Positions 25,020 to 35,002 are shown, numbered from the stretch's first letter. The stretch is DNA of 64,000 nt from Eubacteriales bacterium (GCA_050309735.1 JBNRMS010000068.1:24405-88404), one strand, 5' to 3'. The notes: generated by a model not told the origin, from the sequence alone. A program made the numbers and translations.

Positions 25020-25849
25020 AATTTTTATCCAAATCTTATATGTGGATTATCTTCGCCATGCTCTATGCGCCGATACTCCTGCTCGTTATCTTTTCATTTA
25101 ACCGCGCGGGGAGCCTTAATAATTATTCCGAATTTTCGTTTTACTGGTATCAGCAGCTCTTCAAAGACTCGCGAGCCTTCGACTCGCTCAAAAACTCGCT
25201 CTTTCTCGCCGTCACCTCATCGATTCTGGCAACACTTATCGGAACCTTCGCGGCGCTCGGAATCGACCGGATGAGGAAAAAACACCTGAAGACTATTGTC
25301 ACCTCTGTTACCAACATTCCGATGATGAATCCTGATATTGTAACCGGTGTTTCTATGATGCTGCTTTTCGTGGCCGTTGCGGCAATAGCCGGCTTTGCCT
25401 CGCCGCTCGGCAGAACAACCATGATTATAGCCCACACCACCTTCAATATCCCATATGTCATTCTCTCTGTGTCCCCCCGCTTCAAGCAGATGGACAAAAA
25501 TCTCACCGAGGCAGCGCTCGACCTCGGTTGCACCCCCACCGGAACCTTCTTCAAGGTTGAGCTGCCCTTTATTCTGCCGGGTATTATCTCGGGGCTTATG
25601 ATGGGATTTACCCTGTCGCTTGACGATTTTGTTATCAGCCATTTTGTCAGCTCACCCGATTTTCAAACCCTGCCCCTGTATATCTACAATCAAACCGCTC
25701 ACGAGGTCAAATACAGTATGTATGCGCTCTGCACGCTTATGATACTCGCGATTCTTGTGATGCTACTCTTTATTAATTTTGCCGGTAACATCGGTTCAAA
25801 AAATAAACTCTCGGCATTAAGAGCATTAAGAAAGGATGTAAGGAATTGA
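25016..25849 (+). CDS. potC: Spermidine/putrescine ABC transporter permease
   Basis: 277-aa permease with an EAA-like loop (TEAALDLGCTPTGTFFKVELPFILPG). Its neighbours overlap it by 4 nt. Confidence 0.88.
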   Translation: MKFLSKSYMWIIFAMLYAPILLLVIFSFNRAGSLNNYSEFSFYWYQQLFKDSRAFDSLKNSLFLAVTSSILATLIGTFAALGIDRMRKKHLKTIVTSVTNIPMMNPDIVTGVSMMLLFVAVAAIAGFASPLGRTTMIIAHTTFNIPYVILSVSPRFKQMDKNLTEAALDLGCTPTGTFFKVELPFILPGIISGLMMGFTLSLDDFVISHFVSSPDFQTLPLYIYNQTAHEVKYSMYALCTLMILAILVMLLFINFAGNIGSKNKLSALRALRKDVRN

Positions 25850-27078
25850 AAAGAACACTCTCGCTTATTACCGCCCTTTTTATCCTGGTGCTGTCGGCGG
25901 CAGGCCTTGCCTCGTGTGCCAACATGAGCTCGGGAACAACCCTTTATGTCTATAACTGGGGCGAGTATATCTCGGATGGTTCCGAGGATTCACTCAATGT
26001 TAACACCGCCTTTGAGGAATACTATTATGAGACCTACGGCGAAAAAATCAGCGTCAACTACTCGACCTATTCGAGCAACGAAGATATGTACTCGAAAATC
26101 AAGAGCGGAGCGGCGAAATACGACGTGATAATTCCGTCAGACTATATGATAGAGCGCCTAATCAAAGAGAACCTGCTCGCAAAGCTGAACTTTGAGAATA
26201 TTCCAAATTATGAGTATATCGACGAAAGCTTCAAGGGTGAGGGTGCTTATTACGACCCTGATAATCTTTACTCGGTTCCCTATTTCTATGGCATGGTAGG
26301 AGTTATATACAACACCTCCATGGTTAAGACCGACGAGGACAACATCGGAAGCTGGTCGCTTATGTGGGACGAAGATTATCGAGGCAACATCCTTCAGTTC
26401 AACAACTCGCGTGACGCCTTCGGCACAGCTCTATACGCCCTTGGCTACGATGTCAACGAAGCAACCGAGGCAGAATGGCGCGAAGCACTTGACCTGCTCA
26501 AGAAGCAAAAGGCGATAGTTCAGGGCTATGTCATGGACGAGATTTACAACAAAATGAAGAGCGGCTCGGCGGCAATCTCAGCCTATTACGCCGGAGACTT
26601 CCTCGCAATGTACGAAGATAACGACGATCTCGCTTTCTACTATCCGGCTGAGGGAACTAACATCTTTGTAGACGCGATGTGCGTTCCCGAATCGTCGGGC
26701 AACAAGCTGATAGCCGAGCGCTATATAAACTTCATGCTTGAAAAAGAGATAGCAACCGCAAACGCCCAATACACCTATTATGCCACGCCAAACACGCTTG
26801 TTACCTCATCTGAGGAGTATATCGACTATATCACCTCTGTTCACCCGGACGCTATGGAGATTCTCTATTCGAGCGCCGTGGGCGTTCCGACTTCCTTCTT
26901 CCAGAACCTGTCCGACCAGAGGCTTGAGATGATAAACAGCCTTTGGGAGGAGCTGAAGATAGAGAGCGGCTCGGCAGGATATACTATTTATATTGGTTTT
27001 GCGGTAGTCGCAGTTATTGTTGCGGGATATATTGTTTATAAAGTGGTTCAGAAAAAGAAAAGAAGCAATTATGATTGA
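25846..27078 (+). CDS. potD: Spermidine/putrescine-binding lipoprotein with an extra C-terminal TM helix
   Basis: Lipobox LSAAGLASC. PotD-like core (LYVYNWGEYISD..., KYDVIIPSDYMIERL). The C-terminal segment YTIYIGFAVVAVIVAGYIVYKVVQKKKRSNYD is hydrophobic and followed by basic residues. Confidence 0.88.
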   Translation: MKRTLSLITALFILVLSAAGLASCANMSSGTTLYVYNWGEYISDGSEDSLNVNTAFEEYYYETYGEKISVNYSTYSSNEDMYSKIKSGAAKYDVIIPSDYMIERLIKENLLAKLNFENIPNYEYIDESFKGEGAYYDPDNLYSVPYFYGMVGVIYNTSMVKTDEDNIGSWSLMWDEDYRGNILQFNNSRDAFGTALYALGYDVNEATEAEWREALDLLKKQKAIVQGYVMDEIYNKMKSGSAAISAYYAGDFLAMYEDNDDLAFYYPAEGTNIFVDAMCVPESSGNKLIAERYINFMLEKEIATANAQYTYYATPNTLVTSSEEYIDYITSVHPDAMEILYSSAVGVPTSFFQNLSDQRLEMINSLWEELKIESGSAGYTIYIGFAVVAVIVAGYIVYKVVQKKKRSNYD

Positions 27079-27095
27079 TTAAAATAACAACTTGC

Positions 27096-27127
27096 CCCCT
27101 CCGGGCGCATATGCGCCCGGAGGGGGC
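27096..27127. terminator. Bidirectional terminator between potD and sigF
   Basis: CCCCCTCCGGGCGCA-ta-TGCGCCCGGAGGGGG followed by CTGCTTTTTTT. Confidence 0.85.
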
Positions 27128-27153
27128 TGCTTTTTTTAATATTTGCATGAGAA

Positions 27154-27912
27154 TCAGTTAATCATTTCCCCGCGCAAAAATTCAAGTATCTTTTTTTCCT
27201 CGCGCGAAACCTTGACCTGGCTCAGGCCGAGCCTGTCTGCCGTCTCTTGCTGTGTGAGATTTCGATAATATCTCAGCAGTACAATTCGGCGCCAGAGCGG
27301 CTGCATTTTTGAGATAGACTGCGAGAGGGCAATGCTGTCCGAGAGGCGCTCGATTTCGTTATCCTCATCTGCTATTGTGTTCTCAAGTGTCATCCCCTCG
27401 TCGCCGAACACTGTGTCGGAGAGAGAGGCAACCGGGCTCATCGCATCAAGCGCAACCGCCGCTTCCTCGATACTGACATCGCAGAGAGCTGCCAGCTCGC
27501 CAATGCGCGGCTCTCTTCCCTCCTCGGAAATAATCCGGCTTCGCTCGCGCATTAAGACTATTCCAATTTTCTTATAGTTCCGGCTTATTTTAATAATTCC
27601 CGCATCGCGCAAGTGCCGCCGTATCTCCCCGATAATGAGCGGAACGGCATAGGTCGAGAAGGCGGTTCCCCTTGTCATATCAAAGGAGTGAATCGCCTTT
27701 ATCATGCCTATCATTCCTATTTGGATCAAATCTTCAATCTCGGTTCCCCTGTCGCGAAAGCGCACAGCAATGCTCCGAACAAGCCCGCCGTTAAGCTCGA
27801 CAAGCCTCTCGGCCGCCTCTTCATCTCCGAGCTGCGCCCTCTCTATCAGTTCCCGGTTTTGCGAATAAATATCCTGCTCCTCAGCCGCATTTCCCATTTC
27901 AGCCTCCGACAT
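27154..27912 (-). CDS. sigF: Sporulation sigma factor SigF
   Basis: 252-aa sigma-70 family protein. It is the third gene of a spoIIAA-spoIIAB-sigma operon. Region 2/3/4 motifs are present (DLIQIGMIGMIKAIHSFD, LTQQETADRLGLSQVKVSREEKKIL). Confidence 0.9.
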   Translation of the reverse strand: MSEAEMGNAAEEQDIYSQNRELIERAQLGDEEAAERLVELNGGLVRSIAVRFRDRGTEIEDLIQIGMIGMIKAIHSFDMTRGTAFSTYAVPLIIGEIRRHLRDAGIIKISRNYKKIGIVLMRERSRIISEEGREPRIGELAALCDVSIEEAAVALDAMSPVASLSDTVFGDEGMTLENTIADEDNEIERLSDSIALSQSISKMQPLWRRIVLLRYYRNLTQQETADRLGLSQVKVSREEKKILEFLRGEMIN

Positions 27913-27923
27913 CAGTTTGGTTT

Positions 27924-28391
27924 TTATGTAATGACCTCGCCTCTGCCGGCAAATCGTTTATACATAATCACGTTTGTTCCCCGCCCCTCCTTTGAGCTGA
28001 CCCTGAGCTTGTCCATAAAACTCTCCATAACCGTAAAGCCCATTCCGCTCCGCTCGCCGGTTGAATCGGTGGTATAGAGGGGTTGGCGCGCGGTTTTGAC
28101 ATCGGGAATGCCGCACCCGCGGTCGCGCACCTCAAGCTTTATGCTGTTTCCTTCGAGGATCTTCATTGTTATGTATATCGGGCCGACGCAGTCGCGATAG
28201 GCATGGACGATACAGTTGGTGACCGCCTCTGACACCGCACATTTAACGTCGGCAAGTTCGGAGGCTGCCGGGTCAAGCTGCGCACAAAAAGCGGCTGCCG
28301 CCGCGCGCGCCATGCCCTCGTTAACCGACAGCGACGGTAAAACCAGTCGCATTTCATTTTTTACAACCGATGAAAAGCCTTTATTTTTCAT
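27924..28391 (-). CDS. spoIIAB: Anti-sigma F factor (serine protein kinase)
   Basis: GHKL kinase motifs EAVTNCIVHAY and VRDRGCGIP...GMGFTVM. I chose the ATG at 28391 (MKNKGFSSVVKNEMRL), which overlaps the spoIIAA end by 11 nt. The track start at 28451 is an upstream extension. Confidence 0.9.
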   Translation of the reverse strand: MKNKGFSSVVKNEMRLVLPSLSVNEGMARAAAAAFCAQLDPAASELADVKCAVSEAVTNCIVHAYRDCVGPIYITMKILEGNSIKLEVRDRGCGIPDVKTARQPLYTTDSTGERSGMGFTVMESFMDKLRVSSKEGRGTNVIMYKRFAGRGEVIT

Positions 28392-28731
28392 TTTTGACTT
28401 CCCCCTTAGTTTTCTCAACAGCAATAATTCTGCGAATTCCCGCAAGCTCAAGTATCCTTGATATTGGCTCTGTCGGGTCGAGTATAACCATCACTCCCCC
28501 AAGCTCACGCATGAGCGAATACCTGCCCATAATAAGCCCGAGCCCCGAGCTGTCCATAAATCCAACCGCCGACAGGTCAAACAACAATCTTACCGGCCTT
28601 ATTTTATATAGGAGCGTGTCAATGTCGGCGCGCAAGCCCGCCGCGCTGTGGTGATCTATTTCCCCGCAGAGCCGCAAATGCAGCACGCCCTCGTTATATT
28701 CATACGAAAATCCACTGTTGCTCTTTATCAT
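28381..28731 (-). CDS. spoIIAA: Anti-sigma F factor antagonist (STAS domain)
   Basis: 116 aa. DLSAVGFMDSSGLGLIMGRY contains the phosphorylatable Ser of the DSSG motif. It is the first gene of the operon. Confidence 0.9.
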   Translation of the reverse strand: MIKSNSGFSYEYNEGVLHLRLCGEIDHHSAAGLRADIDTLLYKIRPVRLLFDLSAVGFMDSSGLGLIMGRYSLMRELGGVMVILDPTEPISRILELAGIRRIIAVEKTKGEVKNEK

Positions 28732-28836
28732 TCGCTATCCTTCCCCCACTTCCTTCTTCCATCACGATTCTACCATAGCACCACTGCAAATCTTGTCACA
28801 TTATGTCCTGTGTAACAAAAATTAGCAAATGCGGAT

Positions 28837-28864
28837 ATTATACTATTCCCCTTTAAAAAGTCAA
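28837..28864 (-). promoter_or_regulatory. Sigma-A-like promoter candidate upstream of spoIIAA
   Basis: The minus strand reads TTGACT-16 nt-TATAAT, about 100 nt upstream of the spoIIAA ATG. I could not recognise a sigma-H or Spo0A-box pattern by eye. Confidence 0.35.
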
Positions 28865-28920
28865 TATAGGGTGGGGCGTGATAGGGCGCCTGCCGATAGT
28901 TGCCTCTGCGGGATTTCGTA

Positions 28921-29008
28921 TAGGGGCGAACAGTGTTCGCCCGCGAAGTGCGGCAGATTTGGAATCTGTGGAAATCGCTTGTTTAGGGGCAACACTGTTC
29001 GCCCCTAC
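28921..29008. repeat. Two REP-like GC-rich palindromes
   Basis: TAGGGGCGAACAGTGTTCGCCC (28921-) and TAGGGGCAACACTGTTCGCCCCTA (28984-), 62 bp apart. Confidence 0.6.
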
Positions 29009-29249
29009 AGGTTCATCCGTGTTTTCGTGCATCAAAAGACAGCAAATGTCTTGTAGGGAATAGGCATGACCGTTCTGCGATTGTTGACATATATTGTTTT
29101 TAATCGGAGTTTAGTATCAAGTGCAGAATATATTCAGACAAATTTGCGAGGCGCCACTCAGCGCCCCGCACTTCGGATGCTTCAAAAATCCTATTAAACT
29201 AACTTCATTGCAATTGAAAATCAAGCCCCGAATGACATACTAAGCGCCC

Positions 29250-30437
29250 CTATTCCCAGCGAACGCCCCAGCGCTCGCGATACTCCCCGCCGCCGGCCTC
29301 ATGCGAGCAGCCTCTCTCGTTCAGCTCGGGCTCCCGACTTGCGGCAAGGCGCTCAAGCTCGCCGAGAAACTCGCAATCTTCCGGCGGGAGAATTATCCTT
29401 CGGCCGCCCTGCCAGGAGGAGAGATAAGCGGCGTTTGATATGAGAAGTTCGTTTATTCCGTCTTCTCCCGGAGCTATCAGCTGCTCGCCGCGCAGAATTG
29501 CGCCGGCGAAATTTGATAGGATTCCAAGATGCCCCTTTTCCTTTTCATCCGGGATAATTTCCTCATAATCAAAGGGAATTTTTTCAAAGCTCTTTTGTGA
29601 TGCAAAGCAAAATTCGCGTTCGGGAACCTTAAGCCGCCACCATTTGAGACGCCCCTCCTCAAGCACTAATTTGCCAAGGTCTCCGGCTATCTCAAGACGG
29701 TTTGTGCCGGGAAATTCACCGGTTGAGGTTATAAAGGTCGCAGTTGCGCCGTTTTTATATTCGGCGTATATGGTTGCCTCGTCCTCAACCTCGATGTTAT
29801 GATACACTGCCACGCGGCAATCGGCTCGAACTGCATCGGGCATACCGAAAATCCACTGCCAAATATCAAGATTGTGCGGTGCCTGATTAATGAGTACTCC
29901 CCCGCCCTCGCCTCGCCAGGTTGCGCGCCAGGAACCAGAGTTGTAGTAGTGCTGGGTGCGGTACCAATTTGTGATCGTCCATGAAAGCCGCTTCGGCACG
30001 CCAAGCCGACCCGAGCGCACAATTTCTCGCGCTTCCCGAAAGAGCGGATTTGTGCGCTGATTAAACATAATGCCAAAAACCTTGCCCGACCTTTTCGCGG
30101 CTTCGATCATCTCGCAAACCGCTCCTGCATTTACACCTGCCGGTTTTTCGGTGAGAACATGATATCCATTATCAAAAGCCTCGGCGGCGATTGTGGGGTG
30201 CAGATAATGAGGGGTAGCGATTATCACCGCATCGGCCACGCGAACCGAGAGAGTGTCACGCCAGTCTGTGAAGGTTTCCGCCTCGGGAATTTCTTCCTTT
30301 ATTCTTTGGAGCTTTGAGAGGTCTATGTCGCAGACGGCGGCAAGCCTCATTCCCTCAACCTTCCCCGCGCCAATATTTTTAGCGTGAGCATAGCCCATAT
30401 TGCCCACGCCGATTATCGCGACTTTTATAGTATCCAT
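29250..30437 (-). CDS. Gfo/Idh/MocA family oxidoreductase
   Basis: N-terminal Rossmann motif KVAIIGVGNMGYAHAKN; the EKP motif appears as LTEKPAG. 395 aa. Confidence 0.9.
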   Translation of the reverse strand: MDTIKVAIIGVGNMGYAHAKNIGAGKVEGMRLAAVCDIDLSKLQRIKEEIPEAETFTDWRDTLSVRVADAVIIATPHYLHPTIAAEAFDNGYHVLTEKPAGVNAGAVCEMIEAAKRSGKVFGIMFNQRTNPLFREAREIVRSGRLGVPKRLSWTITNWYRTQHYYNSGSWRATWRGEGGGVLINQAPHNLDIWQWIFGMPDAVRADCRVAVYHNIEVEDEATIYAEYKNGATATFITSTGEFPGTNRLEIAGDLGKLVLEEGRLKWWRLKVPEREFCFASQKSFEKIPFDYEEIIPDEKEKGHLGILSNFAGAILRGEQLIAPGEDGINELLISNAAYLSSWQGGRRIILPPEDCEFLGELERLAASREPELNERGCSHEAGGGEYRERWGVRWE

Positions 30438-30539
30438 GTTTTTTCCTTAATGCCTTTATAATCATAGAATTAAAACTGCGTTCCGATACCGCGCTTAATT
30501 TGGTTTTGGTTTTAATCAAAAATAAGTATATAGCTTGCC

Positions 30540-31910
30540 TCACTTATCAAGGCCTTTGGCTACAATCAGGTCTCTGACCTGGTCTGCATATCTCTCGCAG
30601 TCCTCGCGGCTCATAGCCTCGACCATTACTCTTACCACCGGCTCGGTGCCGCTCTTGCGCAAAAGTATCCGTCCGCTCTCACCAAGCGTATCGCCAATAT
30701 CCGAAAGCAGCTTTATCACATCAGGGTCATCTGCCGGCTTGCACTTATCAACCACCCTGATATTCCGTGTAATCTGCGGGAATATCGTCACAGGAGAGGC
30801 AAGCTTGCTCAGTTTTGTTTTTTGGCTGACCACTATCTCCATCAATTTAATTGAGGTTAGTATTCCGTCTCCCGTTGTGGCATATTTGCCGAGTATCACA
30901 TGACCCGACTGCTCGCCGCCGAGCACATGGCCGTTTTGCTGCATATTCTCATACACATATTTATCGCCCACCGTCGTTTTAACATAGTCAATCCCCTCCT
31001 CGCGCAGCGCGCGGTAGAGCCCTAAGTTAGACATTATCGTCGTGACCACTGTGTTATTGACCAGTTTCCCCTCGCTTCTCAGTGCTTTTGCTAAAATATA
31101 GAGTATGTGGTCGCCGTTTACCTCGCAGCCCTTCTCGTCGACCGCAATGCAGCGGTCGGCGTCTCCGTCGTAGGCAAAGCCGATGTCAAGCTCCCTCTCG
31201 CGGACAAAGTTGCAAAGGCTCTCGATATGTGTAGAACCCACGTTAAGGTTTATATTGTCGCCGTTCGGCTCGGCGCCTATGACATAGGTTTTCGCTCCGA
31301 GTGCCTCAAAAACACTCCGCGCAATCATCCACGCGCTGCCGTTGGCACAGTCAAGCCCCACCCGAAAGCCCTTGAAGGAAACTGTCGCCAGCGAAATAAG
31401 ATAGCCTATGTAACGGTTACGCCCGGCGGCGTGGTCAATGCTCCGTCCGATAAGCTCGCGCTGGGCCAGCGGGATGTCCTCACCCTTGATTCCGAGCGAG
31501 GCGCGCTCCCCGTCAAGATATCTCTCAATCTTGTCAATAGTTGCGTCGTCCATTTTAACGCCCCCACTGTCGACAAGCTTAATTCCGTTGTCATAATATG
31601 GGTTGTGCGATGCCGAAATCATCACGCCGCAATCAAAATCCTCAAAACGCGTGACATACGAAACGCTCGGCGTTGTAGTAACATGGAGCAGATACGCATC
31701 GGCGCCCGAGGCCGCAATCCCGGCGGCAATGGCATACTCAAACATATAGCTCGAACGGCGCGTGTCCTTCCCGATAACAATCCTTGCCGGCCGGCCGGCC
31801 TCCCGGGTATAGTACCATCCAATAAAACGTCCTATTTTATAAGCCTTGTCGGCAGACAAAACTCCGTTGGCCTCGCCCCTGAAGCCGTCGGTCCCGAAAT
31901 ACTTACCCAT
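30540..31910 (-). CDS. glmM: Phosphoglucosamine mutase
   Basis: MGKYFGTDGFRGEANG at the N-terminus, active-site SASHNPYYDNGIK, and GDGDADR as YDGDADRCI. 456 aa. Confidence 0.95.
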   Translation of the reverse strand: MGKYFGTDGFRGEANGVLSADKAYKIGRFIGWYYTREAGRPARIVIGKDTRRSSYMFEYAIAAGIAASGADAYLLHVTTTPSVSYVTRFEDFDCGVMISASHNPYYDNGIKLVDSGGVKMDDATIDKIERYLDGERASLGIKGEDIPLAQRELIGRSIDHAAGRNRYIGYLISLATVSFKGFRVGLDCANGSAWMIARSVFEALGAKTYVIGAEPNGDNINLNVGSTHIESLCNFVRERELDIGFAYDGDADRCIAVDEKGCEVNGDHILYILAKALRSEGKLVNNTVVTTIMSNLGLYRALREEGIDYVKTTVGDKYVYENMQQNGHVLGGEQSGHVILGKYATTGDGILTSIKLMEIVVSQKTKLSKLASPVTIFPQITRNIRVVDKCKPADDPDVIKLLSDIGDTLGESGRILLRKSGTEPVVRVMVEAMSREDCERYADQVRDLIVAKGLDK

Positions 31911-31931
31911 TTATATGCCCCTCTCGTTCTC

Positions 31932-32726
31932 TTATTCTATTTTCACAATAACCACCTCGGGTAAATTATTAATCCTTGGTATGCCGCATTCAAGCCGCAA
32001 CCCTCGGCTGACAACCATAATCTGCCCCTTCTTCTTATAAACCCCGCTTGTATATTTCGGGAAAAACCCCTGCCCCGGCGCGAGCAGACCCCGGCCAAAA
32101 AAGCACCACTGACCACCGTGAGCATGACCGGATATAGTTAGATCTATATCCTTTCCTATAATATGCCGCTCCCAGTACTCGGGGTGATGAGACAGGAGAA
32201 TTTTTTGGGCTTTGAGCCGGGCAAAATCGTTCAGCCAGCTAAGATTCGGCTCGCCGCTTTTGTGAAAAAGCCCGTACGCCCCGCCGGTTGAAAGGCCGCC
32301 GAGCAGTGTGCCGTTTGGAAGTGTGATATGGCTGTTATCAAGCAGCGTCGCCCCTGTCCGGGCAATTCTTTCGGCGTTTTCGGCCGAAACCCTCACCTCG
32401 TGGTTTCCCACCGAGCAAAACACCGGCGCAATCCTGCCCGCCTCCCTGAGAAAAGCAAAACCCTTCTCATTCTCTGCGGCCTCGGCTATATATCGACCGG
32501 TCGGCTCGTCGCCCCGGCACCTGTCGTCGGCAAGCGAGCCGAAGAGGTCGCCGGGGCATACGATTATGTCGGGTCTGCTTTCCTTGATAAGAGCAATAAT
32601 CTCTTGTGAATCCGAGTTATGCAGGTCTGCCGCAACGGCAATTCTCATACCCGAACTCATTCCAACCTCGGAGTGCCTTATCGTGTATTCTGTTTTAACT
32701 ACTCTTTTTTTCATCAGGCCAAGCAC
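31932..32726 (-). CDS. Metallophosphoesterase (calcineurin-like)
   Basis: Motifs AVAADLHNSD, PGDLF, GNHE and ISGHAHGGQ. Confidence 0.8.
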   Translation of the reverse strand: MLGLMKKRVVKTEYTIRHSEVGMSSGMRIAVAADLHNSDSQEIIALIKESRPDIIVCPGDLFGSLADDRCRGDEPTGRYIAEAAENEKGFAFLREAGRIAPVFCSVGNHEVRVSAENAERIARTGATLLDNSHITLPNGTLLGGLSTGGAYGLFHKSGEPNLSWLNDFARLKAQKILLSHHPEYWERHIIGKDIDLTISGHAHGGQWCFFGRGLLAPGQGFFPKYTSGVYKKKGQIMVVSRGLRLECGIPRINNLPEVVIVKIE

Positions 32727-32735
32727 AGTCCCGAT

Positions 32736-33941
32736 TTATTCGGTTCCCTTCTCGGTTGCGTAATTGTCAAAGTAACCCTGAATCCAGACTATCGGCGTAC
32801 CCTTATCTCCGCTGCCCGAAGTCAGGTCTGAAAGAGAGCCTATAAGATCGGTAAGTCTTCTTGGCGTGGTTCCCTGCGACGCCATGTCGCCGACAAGGTC
32901 GTCGCCCTTATGCCGGATATAATCGGCTATCGCCTCTTTCAGCTCGGCGCCCTTGAGGTCGGCAAAATTGTTGTCGGCAAGATACTTGAGTTTAACCTCG
33001 TTCGGCTGCCCTGCAAGGCCCTTTGTAAAGGCGGGCGAGGACACCGGGTCTGCCAGCTCCCAAATTTTGCCCACCGGGTCACAGAAGGCTCCGTCGCCAT
33101 AGACCATCACCTCAACAAGGCGCCCGGTCTCTTTGAATATCCCCGCCTGTATCTCGTTGACAACCTTGTCTCCCCCGCGGGGAAAGAGCTTTACCGTTTC
33201 TTCTGTCGCCTTATTTGAGCCGAGCAATCCGTACTTCTCGTTATACCCCCTCTCCGGAGCAGGTGAGGCGAGTATATCGTCAAGCCCATATACAATCTCG
33301 GCGCCAGCCGCTCTAAGCCTTTTCTTGGTGCGCTCGCGGCTGTGTATATCTGCTGCAAGGATATGCTTTGTGTAGCCGAGAATGGCGCGGGGATCGTTTG
33401 CAAGTATTATCTCGGCCTCGCAGCTCTCTGCGCATATCAGCTCTCTGTAATATTCGATATAGTCAACCCCGGTGAAGGTATGCCGATGGTAACCAAACAA
33501 CTCACGGTATTTCTCCTCCGAGAGAACATCCCGCCACGGGTCTATCCCCGACTCGTCGAGCGCGTCGATATCAACAAGACAGTTGCCGACTTCGTCTGAA
33601 GGATAGCTTAGCATAAGCACTACCTTTTTTGCCCCCCGCGCGATCCCCTTAAGGCAGATTGAAAATCGGTTTCGGCTGAGAATCGGGAAAACAACCCCGA
33701 CGACTCCGCCCGGATATTTTTCGCGGATATCGTCGGCTATATGATCGACGCTTGCATAATTCCCCTCGGCCCTTGCCACCACCGCCTCGGTGACGGCTAT
33801 AATATCCCGGTCGCGTATGCTTATATTTTCGCTCCTCGCCGCGTCAAGGACGCTCCTTACCGTTATAGCGGCGATATCATCTCCGCTGCGTATTATAGGG
33901 GCGCGAACCCCTCTTGAAATGGTTCCGATTGCTCTTTCCAT
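32736..33941 (-). CDS. Protein with a domain resembling F420-0:gamma-glutamyl ligase (CofE)
   Basis: N-terminus RAPIIRSGDDIAAI...DRDIIAVTEAVVARAEGNYASVD resembles the CofE/FbiB ligase fold pattern. At 401 aa it is longer than canonical CofE, so the function is uncertain. Confidence 0.5.
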   Translation of the reverse strand: MERAIGTISRGVRAPIIRSGDDIAAITVRSVLDAARSENISIRDRDIIAVTEAVVARAEGNYASVDHIADDIREKYPGGVVGVVFPILSRNRFSICLKGIARGAKKVVLMLSYPSDEVGNCLVDIDALDESGIDPWRDVLSEEKYRELFGYHRHTFTGVDYIEYYRELICAESCEAEIILANDPRAILGYTKHILAADIHSRERTKKRLRAAGAEIVYGLDDILASPAPERGYNEKYGLLGSNKATEETVKLFPRGGDKVVNEIQAGIFKETGRLVEVMVYGDGAFCDPVGKIWELADPVSSPAFTKGLAGQPNEVKLKYLADNNFADLKGAELKEAIADYIRHKGDDLVGDMASQGTTPRRLTDLIGSLSDLTSGSGDKGTPIVWIQGYFDNYATEKGTE

Positions 33942-33999
33942 TTTTCGGTTACCTCTTTTATTTTATTATATTGCAGTCGTATTTATTCCCATAATTTGT

Positions 34000-34821
34000 T
34001 CAGCCGTCACACATTTGGCGCAGCCGGGAGACGGCGTCGTAGGCTCTTTTATAAAATTCCTCAGGTGTGTATTGCGCATATATCGGCCTTCCGTTGTAGC
34101 CAACCTCAAGCGTCAGCGTGCCGGTAAAACCAGACTTTTTAATATGTTCGGCAAATCTGTTAAAATCAATATTCCCATCGAAGGGGATATAGTGCAGGTC
34201 ATCGCTCTGAGGAGCGCCCGGGTCTTTGTCTTCTTTTTTGACCACGCCCAGATTGTCGTGTATATGCGTGTATATCAGCCGGTTGCCGAATATGGGCATA
34301 TACTCAAGCCCGGGAGTGAAACAGCTCTCGTGCCCGTTGTCCCAGCAGAAGCCAACCTCGGGTATATCGCGGTAAAGCTCCATCACAAAGGCAAGATTCG
34401 CAAGTTTTCTCTGATTCTCAAAGGCTATCTTAACACCTCTGCCGACAGCCCTGTCTATCAGCTTATCCCATCTGGCATGCCCGGCATCGTTTACACAGGG
34501 AGCCTTATTGCCGCTCGAAAGGTGAACGACCATAATAGGCACACCGGCGCTCGCACAAAATTCAAGGCACTCGACAAGCCTTGCGAGCATAAGGTCACCC
34601 TCCTCACCGGTCGACCATATATTGTTTATTCCGTCAAAGGGAGCGTGTATGCTCTCATACATAAGACCCGCGCCCGAGAGAATGTCTGCAACACCGTCGT
34701 TTGCGAGAGCTGCTTTATATCCGGTGAACACACAATCAAACCCAATGTCCCGCAGAATTTTTGCACTCTCGGCCGGCGTTCTGCCTTTAATCACCCCATA
34801 GTTTATGCCTAATTTTCGCAT
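34000..34821 (-). CDS. Sugar phosphate isomerase/epimerase (xylose isomerase-like TIM barrel)
   Basis: 273 aa with typical family features (ESIHAPF, VVHLSSG, IAFENQ, CWDNGHE). Confidence 0.85.
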   Translation of the reverse strand: MRKLGINYGVIKGRTPAESAKILRDIGFDCVFTGYKAALANDGVADILSGAGLMYESIHAPFDGINNIWSTGEEGDLMLARLVECLEFCASAGVPIMVVHLSSGNKAPCVNDAGHARWDKLIDRAVGRGVKIAFENQRKLANLAFVMELYRDIPEVGFCWDNGHESCFTPGLEYMPIFGNRLIYTHIHDNLGVVKKEDKDPGAPQSDDLHYIPFDGNIDFNRFAEHIKKSGFTGTLTLEVGYNGRPIYAQYTPEEFYKRAYDAVSRLRQMCDG

Positions 34822-34975
34822 ATGCCATCTCCTTAGTTTAAGATAATCTGCTTTAATTTTAGCACACTAATATGTGCTCGTCAAGAAGAACGGGAAATTT
34901 GATGGTGATATCGGCGTGAAAGTTTTCTCCTTATGAATTAAAGTTGGCCGCAAGGCGGCTCGAGAACAACAAAAT

Positions 34976-35002
34976 GCCGCCGCGTGAGTTCCACGCGGCG
35001 GC
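34976..35002 (-). terminator. Intrinsic terminator of the tail-fibre-like gene
   Basis: The minus strand reads GCCGCCGCGTG-gaact-CACGCGGCGGC followed by ATTTTGTTGTTC. Confidence 0.8.

Noticed and set aside
31107-31964. 285-aa ORF on the plus strand
   Set aside because: It is antisense to glmM, which has an exact active-site motif. The translation is Arg/Val-rich and low in complexity.
33790-34812. 340-aa ORF on the plus strand
   Set aside because: It is antisense to the 3' end of the CofE-like gene and to the whole sugar-phosphate isomerase gene. It has no recognisable motifs, so I treat it as a shadow ORF.
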